Positions 39,241-48,668 are shown, counted from the stretch's first letter. The stretch is 64,000 bases of DNA from a virus (IMGVR_UViG_3300014204_000189:409-64408), one strand, 5' to 3'. Notes: a model not told the origin generated them from the sequence alone. Program-made: numbers and translations.

Positions 39241-39885
39241 GTCCCAGAGCTTATGTTCTGCGGGCCACTTCTAGGGGTGCTGGCAAAGGCTCTTCTCGCA
39301 CCTCGCGCTGTCTACCGCGGCCTGCCAAGGCCAATGACGGCGCTTCTCGGCATCGGACAAGTCCGATGACCAAATATCCGGGGACCTCTGTGACAAGAGG
39401 CGGCCTGCTCAACGCAGGACGAACGGTTGCACACCGCCCCAATCGAGCTGTGACTCAGCTCGTTCGGCCATTGTTTACGGGTCGGAACCCGCGAACAACT
39501 GGCAAGCCACGGACCGCAAGGACCCTGGCCCATCGAACGACAGAGTACGAACCTCTTCGCGGGGGTCTCGATACAAACGTGCCATTCTGTGTGGTAGATC
39601 CGTCGGAAGCCCTCCATGTCCGCAAGGCTGGAGTATTGGCAACATGAACTTCCGACGTTGTAAGAGCCAATCTACTGCACACACGTGATCAAAATGGGCC
39701 TCGGGAGGCCTCCCCGCGTTTATCTGGGGAGGACGTGGCGCCTGCGGAACCTTCGGACCGCTCCGACAAGAGGGGCGGTTGGAGGGGATGCTGCATGGAA
39801 CACCCGCTCATGCCGGACAACCGGCTATGCGAGGAGCCAGGTAAGTGTGCTCACCGGGCCGCGTAAGGGCCCGGGCTTTGTTTTT
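39241..39885 (+). ncRNA. Candidate large structured noncoding RNA (~640 nt)
   Basis: No credible ORF; CATAAT at 39229-39234; many nested helices, tetraloop-like loops and a possible pseudoknot; terminator-like hairpin plus T-run at 39852-39883. Strand inferred from promoter/terminator orientation. Confidence 0.65.
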
Positions 39886-39913
39886 CTGTTGTCCCCCTAC
39901 TACAAGGAGCCAA

Positions 39914-40194
39914 TCATGGCTAAGAAGCAAGCTACCATCGTTGACGACATCAATGAAACCTGCTGTGCCGGGTTCGCCAAGGGCCGCGAGACGGCCGACG
40001 CGTACCCGATGCTGCCGTCATCGCTGTTCATCGGAGCAGCGGTGGTGGGCTACGTGACCGAGTCCGTGTGCCAGGTGGCCAACTGCGTGGCCGCGTTGTT
40101 CGAGAGCGAGGAGGAGCCGGTGCCCGTTGTGGTCGCTGCCGGTCCGATTCGCCGCGGCCGCGGCCCCGCCAAGAAGCGGACCAGCAAGGAATAA
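39914..40194 (+). CDS. Hypothetical protein
   Basis: AAGGAG RBS before ATG 39914; the longer ORF call from 39685 is probably spurious. Confidence 0.7.
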
Positions 40195-40429
40195 GTCGGG
40201 GGACTTAGGCGGTAGAGCCCGCCGAGGTTCCCCACCAGGCCCTCGGCGGGCCACCCGCTTTCCCCTGCGGTCTTCGGACCGATGAAAACAACCCCCATGG
40301 GTTGACGTTTGTTCGCACCGCTCCTCCCCCGCCGGGCCAAGGAGCTGGTGCAGCAGACGTCGCCTGTGGGGGCTTGTTACACTGACTACTCTTCCTCATA
40401 GCTATGGACCTTTTTCTTTAGGTATCAAG

Positions 40430-41005
40430 ATGCGAAGACGCCGCAAGGGGGGCAAAGACCCCGAACCACGGAAGCCTGCAAAGAAGTCGATCGAGCACCC
40501 GATGATTCTGGCCAGCGGTCCTTGTGGCATCGATCCGCCCGCGCACGCCACGCCCAGGTATCGGCACAAGGATCTCCTCCCCTACCCGTTGATGCGAGCC
40601 AGTGTGAACACAGAGGACGAGTCCACCACGGGCTGCCCGTGGGTCGACGAGAAGTACGGGCTGGAGTACATCCGCTACTGGGAGAACGCCAAAGTCCCGC
40701 CGACGTGGATGGACCCCGAGCGGTTCGTGCGGATGTGCCAGGCCGACCCAGCGATCAAAGCGATCCTGGCTCGGTGCATCAAACGGAACACGCAGCTGCC
40801 CGGCCGTAGAGAACTGCCCGCCGAGCTGGACCGGATCATGGAGGAGGTCTACTTGCCCCATGTGTTGCGGCTGTTCGAGCGGCACAAGTGGCTGCTGGCC
40901 CAGTGGCTGCTGGCCAATCATGCGGACAAGGTGCACCACCGGGCCGAGCTGGAGAAGGAGCGCAAGTACCGAAGAACCCTTGGTACGAGCGAGCCGGACG
41001 AGTAG
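40430..41005 (+). CDS. Hypothetical protein
   Basis: 191-aa ORF. Confidence 0.7.
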   Translation: MRRRRKGGKDPEPRKPAKKSIEHPMILASGPCGIDPPAHATPRYRHKDLLPYPLMRASVNTEDESTTGCPWVDEKYGLEYIRYWENAKVPPTWMDPERFVRMCQADPAIKAILARCIKRNTQLPGRRELPAELDRIMEEVYLPHVLRLFERHKWLLAQWLLANHADKVHHRAELEKERKYRRTLGTSEPDE

Positions 41006-41074
41006 AATAACGCCGTTATGACCGTCGCCCCAGGATCGGGGCGGAAAAGGATTTCCATGTGAAAGGAGTCACCT

Positions 41075-41404
41075 GTGGGACTGCAAGTCGTAGACGCATT
41101 TCAAGGAACGGACGGCGAGCTGCAAGGCACTGTGATCAAGGGGCAGGCCGGAACGGTCTGTTTGAAGAGCACGATGGTCAAGCAGGCAGAATTCCCCCGC
41201 GCGATCGACGAGCTGCGAAGCTCGGCGGCCAAACAGGAAGCGCTCGTGATCGCCGCCCAGCGGGGCGTGGCCGACCCGCGGATCAACGGCATGTCGTTGG
41301 CCCCGTATCCGGTTGACGCGCAAGGCAACAGCATCACCAACCCACTCGTCCAGAAGACGGCCGAGTACCGAGTGGACATCCCCGTCACAGGACGCTTGGT
41401 GTGA
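41075..41404 (+). CDS. Hypothetical protein
   Basis: AAAGGAG RBS, GTG start. Confidence 0.7.
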   Translation: MGLQVVDAFQGTDGELQGTVIKGQAGTVCLKSTMVKQAEFPRAIDELRSSAAKQEALVIAAQRGVADPRINGMSLAPYPVDAQGNSITNPLVQKTAEYRVDIPVTGRLV

Positions 41405-41964
41405 TCGTCGAACTGCCCACCATCAGCGAACTGCAGCACCTGCTCCACGCTCTACCACGGGACCAGTTCAATCGCACCGCGCGTTCCGTGTGCCGACTGG
41501 ATCCCGACAAGGTCGCGGAGCAGGTGAGCAGTTGGGCGCTGTTGGCCTTGGAGCTTGCTGATGTGATGGCCGTGGTCACACCGCTGGGCGAGATGGAGCA
41601 GACGCTGCTGCTTCAGCAGATGGAGCCTTGCCTTACTCGGCAGCTGGAGCAGCTGTTGAAGGTCCAGGACGAGCCCGTCTTCACCGTGAGGCCGTGCTTA
41701 CTCTCGCTGGCCGAGCTGCGATACGCGGCATGGCCGGACGTGGAGCAAGACAGCTTGTGGGACACCAAGGAAGCCAAGTGGATTCCCCGGCTGCCGCGGC
41801 CTCCTTTGTATTTCTCAGCAATCGACGTCAACGCGGTGTTTCTGTTCAACCGCACCCAACTGCTCTGTTCGCGACAGGCAGGCGCAATGGTAAAGGCACG
41901 GAGGCCTGACTATGCCGATAGGGATGGACGCCCGGAAGAACATCCGCCAGCTGCTGACGGATGA
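41401..41964 (+). CDS. Hypothetical protein
   Basis: GTGA overlap. Confidence 0.6.
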   Translation: MIVELPTISELQHLLHALPRDQFNRTARSVCRLDPDKVAEQVSSWALLALELADVMAVVTPLGEMEQTLLLQQMEPCLTRQLEQLLKVQDEPVFTVRPCLLSLAELRYAAWPDVEQDSLWDTKEAKWIPRLPRPPLYFSAIDVNAVFLFNRTQLLCSRQAGAMVKARRPDYADRDGRPEEHPPAADG

Positions 41965-42610
41965 GACTACGTTTGCCACGACGCTTCTCGTGCTGCTGCT
42001 GGACATGTATGGTCCCGATGCACTGGAATGGGACCCCCAGACAGTGGTGCTAGAGTTCGCGGACGACTTCGGCGTCGAGCTTTCCCGTGAGAACCTCGAC
42101 AAGCTGATGACGGCCCGGGAGATCTTCACCAGCGACGATTTCTTCCGCCGCTTGCCGATCTTCGTCCAGTTCTGTAACATCCTGGCTGGCGACGACGTCC
42201 GCCCGGACATGTTCAACCCGGCCGACGCGGCCGAGTGCGCCTGGGGAATCGTGGAGGGGCTGCTGATCTGCCCGCCGGAAGATGACGAGCCTTTTTGTGA
42301 TGAAATCCGGTACTACGTCGGCAAGGCTCTGGACGATGAGGGCATCAAGAACCCGCCCGACGTCCTCCGCATTGCTCTGTACGCGTCCGACGGGGAGCCC
42401 AGCAGCGAAGCGGATTTCGGCAGCATGTCGCTCACTGATCCAGCAATGTTCGGCGGCGAGTTCCAGATACAGCAGTCTAAGGCCGATGAAATCTCTCGGA
42501 TGATCAAGGAGAACCTGAACGACCTGATCCGACAACTGCACTCCCTGCCCTTACAAACCGGACGCACGGAGGCGTTGCTGGAGAAGATCCAGGCTCAAGG
42601 CTGGCGGTAG
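41912..42610 (+). CDS. Hypothetical acidic protein
   Basis: GGAGG RBS, 232 aa. Confidence 0.75.
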   Translation: MPIGMDARKNIRQLLTDETTFATTLLVLLLDMYGPDALEWDPQTVVLEFADDFGVELSRENLDKLMTAREIFTSDDFFRRLPIFVQFCNILAGDDVRPDMFNPADAAECAWGIVEGLLICPPEDDEPFCDEIRYYVGKALDDEGIKNPPDVLRIALYASDGEPSSEADFGSMSLTDPAMFGGEFQIQQSKADEISRMIKENLNDLIRQLHSLPLQTGRTEALLEKIQAQGWR

Positions 42611-42679
42611 ATATTCCGCACGTAAGTAATTTCGCAGGGCCCCTTCACCGGGGCCCTTTCCATGCGCAAGGAGCACGCG

Positions 42680-42787
42680 ATGAGTAGTGACGAGGGTGGC
42701 GGCTGCTGTGGCTGCCTGCTGTACGTGATCGGGATCTTGGCGGCCCTGGCCGTGATCAAGCTCCTGGTGAAGTTCCTGCTCTGGTGA
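42680..42787 (+). CDS. 35-aa membrane peptide (not in ORF track)
   Basis: AAGGAG RBS; MSSDEGGGCCGCLLYVIGILAALAVIKLLVKFLLW. Confidence 0.65.
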   Translation: MSSDEGGGCCGCLLYVIGILAALAVIKLLVKFLLW

Positions 42788-42790
42788 ACC

Positions 42791-42961
42791 ATGATCGTGA
42801 CGTTGTCCCTGAAAGAGCTGGCGACGGTCCTGGCTGCTCTTCGGTACTGGCAACAGGACCTGGCTGCGAACCCCGAGGGCCCTATCTCGGAGCACTTCGA
42901 GCGATTCAGACCGTTGACTGTCGAACAGATCGACAGGCTGTGTGAGCGATTGAACAACTGA
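42791..42961 (+). CDS. 56-aa hypothetical protein (not in ORF track)
   Basis: MIVTLSLKELATVLAALRYWQQDL...LTVEQIDRLCERLNN. Confidence 0.7.
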   Translation: MIVTLSLKELATVLAALRYWQQDLAANPEGPISEHFERFRPLTVEQIDRLCERLNN

Positions 42962-42997
42962 ACACGTAACCTGTTTCATTCTCCCAAGGAGGCCACA

Positions 42998-43324
42998 ATG
43001 GCCGTGACGAAAGCCCCCAAGAAGCGCGAGACCAAAGAAGCTGCCATGAGCCAGGACATTCCCGCGGAAGTCCTCGCCGAAATCGCCACCAAGGTCGGCC
43101 AGCTGGATGGGCTGCAGAAGTCCGTAAAGCTGATGTATGAACAAATGGACCCCTTGGAAGCTCGACTCATCGAGCTGCTCAAGGACAAGCCGGACGGTGT
43201 GACGCTGGCCGACGGTCGTACGGCGAAGCTCAAGGACAACTTCATCGATCCCAAGACCGGGCTGCCCCGCAACAAGGCCTTCAAGGCCGCCGGAGTCAAC
43301 CACTACGAGGTCGAACTCAAGTAG
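42998..43324 (+). CDS. Hypothetical protein
   Basis: AAGGAGG RBS, 108 aa. Confidence 0.8.
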   Translation: MAVTKAPKKRETKEAAMSQDIPAEVLAEIATKVGQLDGLQKSVKLMYEQMDPLEARLIELLKDKPDGVTLADGRTAKLKDNFIDPKTGLPRNKAFKAAGVNHYEVELK

Positions 43325-43494
43325 TGGACGCTCAGATCATTCAAGCAGGTGTCGGACCGGGACACCCCAAGTCCACGTGCGACGGCTGCGGTCGCCCTGT
43401 TACCAGGGAGGAAGCCGTCGCAACTTGTACCGACACTCGGTACGTGACCCTCTGTCCCGCTTGCTATCGTCGAGCAGGCAACACCGTGAGGTGA
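43324..43494 (+). CDS. Small Zn-finger protein (not in ORF track)
   Basis: GTG start overlapping previous stop; CDGC...CPAC. Confidence 0.5.
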   Translation: MDAQIIQAGVGPGHPKSTCDGCGRPVTREEAVATCTDTRYVTLCPACYRRAGNTVR

Positions 43495-43496
43495 CC

Positions 43497-43685
43497 ATGG
43501 CTGAATACCGTTGTCGCGTTGAGATCGACGTCGACGCAAAGAGCCCCCAGGAAGCAGCGAGAACAGCCTACGAGCTGCTGACAAATCCTGAAGCGATCCC
43601 TTGGATCGTGGAGGTCTTTTCCGATGACCAGGGGCCGCCGGTTGAAGTCGACCTCGACCCGCTGTTGAACAAGGAGCCGGGCTGA
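43497..43685 (+). CDS. Small hypothetical protein
   Basis: GAGG RBS; MAEYRCRVEIDVDAKSPQEAA. Confidence 0.7.
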   Translation: MAEYRCRVEIDVDAKSPQEAARTAYELLTNPEAIPWIVEVFSDDQGPPVEVDLDPLLNKEPG

Positions 43686-44062
43686 TGACCAAAAAGCCAC
43701 CCAAGGCAGGCGACGCGGCAAAGGAACTGGTGGCGTTGATTCAGTCGGACTTGGAACAGCAACCTGCCCTGGGCAAACGTATCATCGTCAACGAGCTTCT
43801 GCGATTGCTCGCTCCGCCTGACCCGCCGACCGACAAGCCCGACCCGTTAGCGCCGATGACCGACGTCGAAGCCAAGTACTTCGGCGAGAAGGAGATGCAG
43901 TACGGGAAGCACGCGGGGGCCAAATACCGAGACATCCCGTTGCACTATCTGGCCTGGCTGGCCGACGAAAGCAAGCGAACCTGGCAAACGCTGACACGCT
44001 ACTTGAACAGTAGCCAAGTCCAACGCGAGTGGGACGCAGAAGTGACTGAGGAGCGACCATGA
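43685..44062 (+). CDS. DUF3820/exonuclease X C-terminal-like protein
   Basis: MQYGKHAGAKYRDIPLHYLAWL matches the (M)xFGKxxGxxxxDIPxxYLxW motif. Confidence 0.65.
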   Translation: MTKKPPKAGDAAKELVALIQSDLEQQPALGKRIIVNELLRLLAPPDPPTDKPDPLAPMTDVEAKYFGEKEMQYGKHAGAKYRDIPLHYLAWLADESKRTWQTLTRYLNSSQVQREWDAEVTEERP

Positions 44063-44655
44063 AGTACGAGATTCGCGAGAACGCAGACCACACCCACACG
44101 CTGTACCGCAACGGGGAAGTAGCGATTCCCCGTGGCGGTCGGCCGAACAACGCCGAGCTGGAGTTCTGGCTGGAGATCGAAGAGCTTCGCGAGAAGCTGC
44201 AGAAGGCCGAAGAGACCCAGCTACGGCTTCAAAATCTGTGCCGGGATGTCCGCAACGCGGTCAACCAGTACCACCGCAGTCATCTTCAAAACGATCTGGA
44301 TACGCTGGAGACCCTGGTGGCTCAGTGCAACCAGCCCTGGTTGATCGAGCTGCCTCCTGGGATCTTGCACCGCTTGGCAGAAATTGCCGAGCTGGGCAAA
44401 GATACCGAAGCTCGCCGGATCGTGGCCGCGATCAACGAGATCCGCAACTCGGACGAAGGCATGGAGATCCATATCCCTAACGACAAAGTGGACTTCGGCC
44501 CCGGACCCAACACGGTGATCAGCGTAAGCACCGATTTCAACCTCAGGCCCGAGGACGACCACGGCTTTCAGGGCGAGAACCTGGGTGAGTGTCTGCAGAA
44601 GGCCCTGACCTGGTTGAAAGGAAACACTGATGGCGAAGAAAAAGAAGGCGGGTGA
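44059..44655 (+). CDS. Hypothetical protein
   Basis: ATGA overlap; GAGGAG RBS. Confidence 0.7.
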   Translation: MKYEIRENADHTHTLYRNGEVAIPRGGRPNNAELEFWLEIEELREKLQKAEETQLRLQNLCRDVRNAVNQYHRSHLQNDLDTLETLVAQCNQPWLIELPPGILHRLAEIAELGKDTEARRIVAAINEIRNSDEGMEIHIPNDKVDFGPGPNTVISVSTDFNLRPEDDHGFQGENLGECLQKALTWLKGNTDGEEKEGG

Positions 44656-44926
44656 GAACAAGATCACCTCCCACGACTACCACGACCTGGAGGCGTACAT
44701 AGAGGAGATCGCGCAGGTCCAGATCGAGTGTGTCGTGTGCGGCGACGTCGAGACGGAGACCCTGCCCGAGATGTCCCTGGTACAACTTCGCCGCGCACTC
44801 CAAGGACTAGCTAAGGCCGGGTGGAAAGTGGCCAACCTGCCCGAGATGCAGACGGAGGGCACGGTCTGTCCGGCCTGCGTGCTGAGAATCACTGCTGGAG
44901 AATCTTTTGTAGACGAGGGAGGCTAG
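44630..44926 (+). CDS. Zn-finger hypothetical protein
   Basis: CVVC...CPAC. Confidence 0.65.
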   Translation: MAKKKKAGENKITSHDYHDLEAYIEEIAQVQIECVVCGDVETETLPEMSLVQLRRALQGLAKAGWKVANLPEMQTEGTVCPACVLRITAGESFVDEGG

Positions 44927-44927
44927 C

Positions 44928-45263
44928 ATGGTGGTTGCGACTGACAACAAAGTCCCGGAACCCGGGCCACTGTCTGAAGAGGACTGCGCCAACTTCGAGA
45001 CACTCAGACGAGCGCACAGATCTGGCGATCTGGCCTTGGTGTCCGCGATCCGCAAAGCAGACGGCAAGCAAGTAGCACTCGTCTGCGCAATGGGCAGAGA
45101 CGAGAAGGGCAATTACTGTCCCGTTCCGTTGGCAGTAATGGTCGAAGGCAACCCGTACGAACTGTTTCACGATCCAACGAGCACAGGAGACGACGATGGC
45201 GAGAGCCATTCACGTGAAGAAGGCCCGCAAGGACAATCCCGCGGCGGGCATCAAGAAGGGTGA
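44928..45263 (+). CDS. DUF6117-like protein
   Basis: NFETLRRAHRSGDLALV...VCAMGRD...EGNPYE recalled as the DUF6117 pattern. Confidence 0.55.
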   Translation: MVVATDNKVPEPGPLSEEDCANFETLRRAHRSGDLALVSAIRKADGKQVALVCAMGRDEKGNYCPVPLAVMVEGNPYELFHDPTSTGDDDGESHSREEGPQGQSRGGHQEG

Positions 45264-45750
45264 TGAGTATTGGCACGTCTCCTTTCGCAGCGGACGCTCC
45301 AGCTACACGCGGTACTTCACCAGCCCGCCTCGGCCCAGTCAGCTCACCCAGTCCGAGTTCCTGAGCAACATCTACGCTGCCCAGGAAGTCATCCAGGATG
45401 AGCTGCAGGAGCTGAAACAGGGCAAGCTCACTTTTCAGGAGCTGGCCGACATCATCGACGAGCAGAAGGAAGCTGTGGAGGAGCAGGGGCAGGAATGCGA
45501 CGACAAGTTTGGCAACATGCCTGACAGCTTACAGGAAGGCCCCACGGGCGCGCTGCTGCAGTCCCGTGTTGACGAGTGCAACAACACGGCGCAGGAGCTG
45601 GACGAGGCGGCGGACACAATCCGCGATCTGGTGGAGAACGACGAGATCCCTGAAGAGGCCACCGACGCGACCGCCAGACTGGCTACGGTGAAGGACAAGA
45701 TCGAAGAAGCCGAGCGCGTCCTGGAGGACATCGGCTGGAACATGGAGTAA
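45196..45750 (+). CDS. Hypothetical phage protein, acidic coiled coil
   Basis: HVKKARKD...IKKGDEYW...PPRPSQLTQSEF. Confidence 0.75.
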   Translation: MARAIHVKKARKDNPAAGIKKGDEYWHVSFRSGRSSYTRYFTSPPRPSQLTQSEFLSNIYAAQEVIQDELQELKQGKLTFQELADIIDEQKEAVEEQGQECDDKFGNMPDSLQEGPTGALLQSRVDECNNTAQELDEAADTIRDLVENDEIPEEATDATARLATVKDKIEEAERVLEDIGWNME

Positions 45751-45753
45751 CCC

Positions 45754-45978
45754 GTGCCCCGCATCTACGACTCATCCAACGACCCCATTGACTTCTGCCG
45801 AGAGGACTACCCGGAGGAGGCCGACGCCGAAGAACAGTACGGTGACGTGGCCAAAACCGGCGCGGGGCCGGATGGTCGCGGCAACTGCTTCAGCTACGAC
45901 GCCGAGCATCCGGCCTACGAGGGCGAGTGCTATCACTGCGTGACGTGCGGCAAACTTCTGGACTCCGATGACGACTAG
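45754..45978 (+). CDS. Small acidic hypothetical protein
   Basis: GGAG RBS, 74 aa. Confidence 0.65.
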   Translation: MPRIYDSSNDPIDFCREDYPEEADAEEQYGDVAKTGAGPDGRGNCFSYDAEHPAYEGECYHCVTCGKLLDSDDD

Positions 45979-45987
45979 GGAGATGAC

Positions 45988-46284
45988 GTGCTGTACACGA
46001 AATTCGGCGACGACAAAGGATCAACCGCACTGGTGCAAAAGGCCATGTACGTGGCCGACCGGCTGCAAGATTGGATCGACGAGAATTCCAGTTCCGTGAC
46101 GCCCTCAGTCAGCGTCACTGTGAGGCGATTTATGATTCACGTGAAGGTGGGCAACCTCTGTGTCTGGAACACGGAGGACTACACGGAGGCGGAGCTGACC
46201 TTCCAGAAGCTCCAGAGCTATTACCGCGAAGAGATCGAGGCCCTGTCCGTGTTTCTCGCGGACCGGCCCGAGGAGGATGCCTGA
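45988..46284 (+). CDS. Hypothetical protein
   Basis: GGGAG RBS. Confidence 0.65.
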   Translation: MLYTKFGDDKGSTALVQKAMYVADRLQDWIDENSSSVTPSVSVTVRRFMIHVKVGNLCVWNTEDYTEAELTFQKLQSYYREEIEALSVFLADRPEEDA

Positions 46285-46892
46285 TGGCGTTACGTGCATT
46301 CAGAACCACGTTTCTGTGCGCCCTCGACAAGGACGAGATCCCCAACGAGGACCCGATCACCGGAGCAGAGTGCGAGATTGCCGAACCGACGTTGGAGGCC
46401 GTGAAGACCTTCTTGCGGGAAGTGCTCCACTTGCAAATCGACGACGAAGACGCCGAGGCGGACCCGGTGGGCTTGCTCAGCGTGGAAGTTGCCATCGAAG
46501 ACCTGGTCGAGCTTCCCGCAGAGGAAGTGGCGAAGCTATACCGCCGCACTGTCGACGCCCTGACGGTGTCGAATGAGCCCTTCGGTGGCGCGCACGCCCC
46601 GGACTGCCCGTACCGTATGAAGGGCGAGTGCAACTGCTGGCGGTCTGACCCCGTGCAAAATCGAGAACTGGCCGAAGAACTGGACTCGGTGGAGAAGGCC
46701 GACCAGGCTGAACAGATCCGCAAGTTCAGCCCGCCATCAATCGACCCGTTGGCAGACTCTCCGCAGAGTTTTCGGGAGGCCTTGCGGTGGTGCCAACGAG
46801 TTTTCGGAGCCACGGCGGACACGCGGCTGGCGATCATTGAGCGGGCTGAGCAAATGCTCGCGGAGGCCCGCAAAGACCTGCAACATCCGTGA
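46284..46892 (+). CDS. Hypothetical protein
   Basis: TGATG overlap, GAGGAGG RBS. Confidence 0.7.
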   Translation: MALRAFRTTFLCALDKDEIPNEDPITGAECEIAEPTLEAVKTFLREVLHLQIDDEDAEADPVGLLSVEVAIEDLVELPAEEVAKLYRRTVDALTVSNEPFGGAHAPDCPYRMKGECNCWRSDPVQNRELAEELDSVEKADQAEQIRKFSPPSIDPLADSPQSFREALRWCQRVFGATADTRLAIIERAEQMLAEARKDLQHP

Positions 46893-46908
46893 ACTATAGG
46901 AGTTTTGC

Positions 46909-47478
46909 ATGAGATACCGAGTAGTGTTCTACGCGTCCGAGTCTGGCATGTACACGTGCCAAGTCACCGCCAGAAGTGCCTGGGACGCGGTCGTACTCTC
47001 CCAGCTCTGCGACTGGAATAAGGGGGTGATAGAGAGACAGCCCGAGCAGGTCTACACCTACAAGGGCGTCGAGAAGACGCTGGACGACCCCAACGGGGAC
47101 TTCCCCTGGGAAGCCGTGGTCTTCGATGACCAGGGACAGCAGGTTCCGTACGAGCAACCCGAGAACGAGAAGATCCAGGCCACCAAGGAACTGAAGAAGA
47201 TTGACGCTGCCTTGGACGTGCTCAACACGTTGACGAAGGCCATTCCCTCCAACGACATCCCGGTGGTCGTGCTACCCGCGATCGAGCAGATCGAAGCGCT
47301 CAAGCGCTGGCTGGAGAGCTGCCAGCTCGACGCCCAGGCCAGGGAGGAAGCCGCCGAGAAGTGGCTGACAGAGTTGCGCGCGTTCAAGTTCATCCGGCTC
47401 AAGGACATCATGGAGGAAACCCGGCCGCAGTGGCTGGCGGAAGTCCGTAAGCAGATGGAGGCGGCGAACTACGCATGA
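46909..47478 (+). CDS. Hypothetical protein
   Basis: AGGAG RBS. Confidence 0.7.
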   Translation: MRYRVVFYASESGMYTCQVTARSAWDAVVLSQLCDWNKGVIERQPEQVYTYKGVEKTLDDPNGDFPWEAVVFDDQGQQVPYEQPENEKIQATKELKKIDAALDVLNTLTKAIPSNDIPVVVLPAIEQIEALKRWLESCQLDAQAREEAAEKWLTELRAFKFIRLKDIMEETRPQWLAEVRKQMEAANYA

Positions 47479-47717
47479 TCACGATTCAAGAAGACGTGTC
47501 GCGAGGGCTGTGGGTCGCTGACTGGCAACAGTTGACCGGCCCACGGCCTGCAGGAGAAGGGACCAACCCGCGAGCTGCGTTGGGCGACCTGTTCCATAAG
47601 CTGCTCGCACAACAATCCGTCACGAACTACCTGTCCCTGAACCTGGCAAACATCACCAGCCCGGCAGACCTGTCCGTGGTGGTCCTGCGACGGGGCAAGT
47701 GGCGACGACTGGAGTAA
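47475..47717 (+). CDS. Hypothetical protein
   Basis: ATGA overlap. Confidence 0.6.
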   Translation: MITIQEDVSRGLWVADWQQLTGPRPAGEGTNPRAALGDLFHKLLAQQSVTNYLSLNLANITSPADLSVVVLRRGKWRRLE

Positions 47718-47719
47718 CC

Positions 47720-47965
47720 ATGCCGAAATATCGGATCGAGGCCCGTGAACGGTTCACCGTGATCACGGTCTACAACGAAGTCGAAGCCGAGGACGTCGAG
47801 CACGCGATCTCCAAGTGCAAGCACGGCACCGCGGCCTACGACAGCAGCCAGCCGGATGACGACGGAGATGACGAGTACCTGGAAACCCTATCCGTAGAAA
47901 AGATCAACGACGACGGAAGGTCCGTGTCACAACAGGACACAGGACCTGATGCTAAGCCGGGGTAA
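47720..47965 (+). CDS. Hypothetical protein
   Basis: GGAG RBS; MPKYRIEARERFTVITVYNEVEAED. Confidence 0.65.
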   Translation: MPKYRIEARERFTVITVYNEVEAEDVEHAISKCKHGTAAYDSSQPDDDGDDEYLETLSVEKINDDGRSVSQQDTGPDAKPG

Positions 47966-48668
47966 CACCAAGCTTGGCCGCGAGATCTGGGCGTTCAACT
48001 TGCCGCGACGCAAAACCTGTCCCGTGACCTCTGCACTGTGTCGTGAACTGTGCTACGCAGACCGAGGCCACTTCATCTTGGACAGCGTCCAAGTCGCCCA
48101 CGAAGCCAACTGGAGCGAAGCCAAGCGCTCCGACTTCGTGGCACGCGTCAACGCCCAGATCCTTTTGGAGTACATCCACACCGTACGGTTGCACGCCTCG
48201 GGCGATTTCTACAGCGTGGCCTACTTGAACAAGTGGATCGCTATCGCACGCAAGAACCGCCACGTGCGGTTCTTCGTGTACGCCCGCTGCTGGACTCGCA
48301 AGGACTACCTTGCGGCTCTTCGCATTCTGTCTCGCCTGCCGAACGTGCAGGTGTGGCTGAGCACCGACCGAACGATGGACCGACCGCCGAGAATCAAGGG
48401 AATGCGCATCGCCTGGATGGCGGAGAACGACACCGACGTGCCGCTCTACCCCGTGGACCTGGTCTTCCGCAATCGGCCGCGAACACCGATGAAGCGGATG
48501 GGCCCGCAGCGCGCTCTCGTTTGTCCTTACGAACAACTCATTTCCCAGCGGCGTTTTCGCATCACTTGTTCGCGTTGCGGAATCTGCTACAACCCCCCAA
48601 GGAAGCGTACCCATGGCACGCCAACTCGATCCCCGTGTCCGTCCCGCCCTCGCCACGTTGCTCGCTGA
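47949..48668 (+). CDS. Phage gp88-like (radical-SAM-related Fe-S) protein
   Basis: GNTKLG...FNLP...TCP...CRELCYA; VRLHASGDFYS...W..IARK. Confidence 0.8.
   Translation: MLSRGNTKLGREIWAFNLPRRKTCPVTSALCRELCYADRGHFILDSVQVAHEANWSEAKRSDFVARVNAQILLEYIHTVRLHASGDFYSVAYLNKWIAIARKNRHVRFFVYARCWTRKDYLAALRILSRLPNVQVWLSTDRTMDRPPRIKGMRIAWMAENDTDVPLYPVDLVFRNRPRTPMKRMGPQRALVCPYEQLISQRRFRITCSRCGICYNPPRKRTHGTPTRSPCPSRPRHVAR

Noticed and set aside
39351-39830. RNase P RNA (GGACAAGTCCG resembles GGAAAGUCC; ACCGGCTAT resembles CCGGCUUA)
   Set aside because: The GGACAAGTCC lies inside a self-contained hairpin, P4 pairing cannot be built, and conserved-region order does not match
39241-39885. Group I/II intron, tmRNA, tRNA cluster or DGR template
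   Set aside because: No P7/S or domain V catalytic motif, no interrupted host gene, no tRNA-like ends, no RT in the window and no matching variable repeat
39366-39913. ORFs 39366-39647 and the 39685 extension of the 40194-ending ORF
   Set aside because: No RBS, Arg/Pro/Gly-rich shadow composition; the RBS-supported start is at 39914
40193-40400. ZMP/ZTP riboswitch or hammerhead ribozyme
   Set aside because: Only fragments match (GGCG/CGCC, GATGAAA); spacing and required stems are absent
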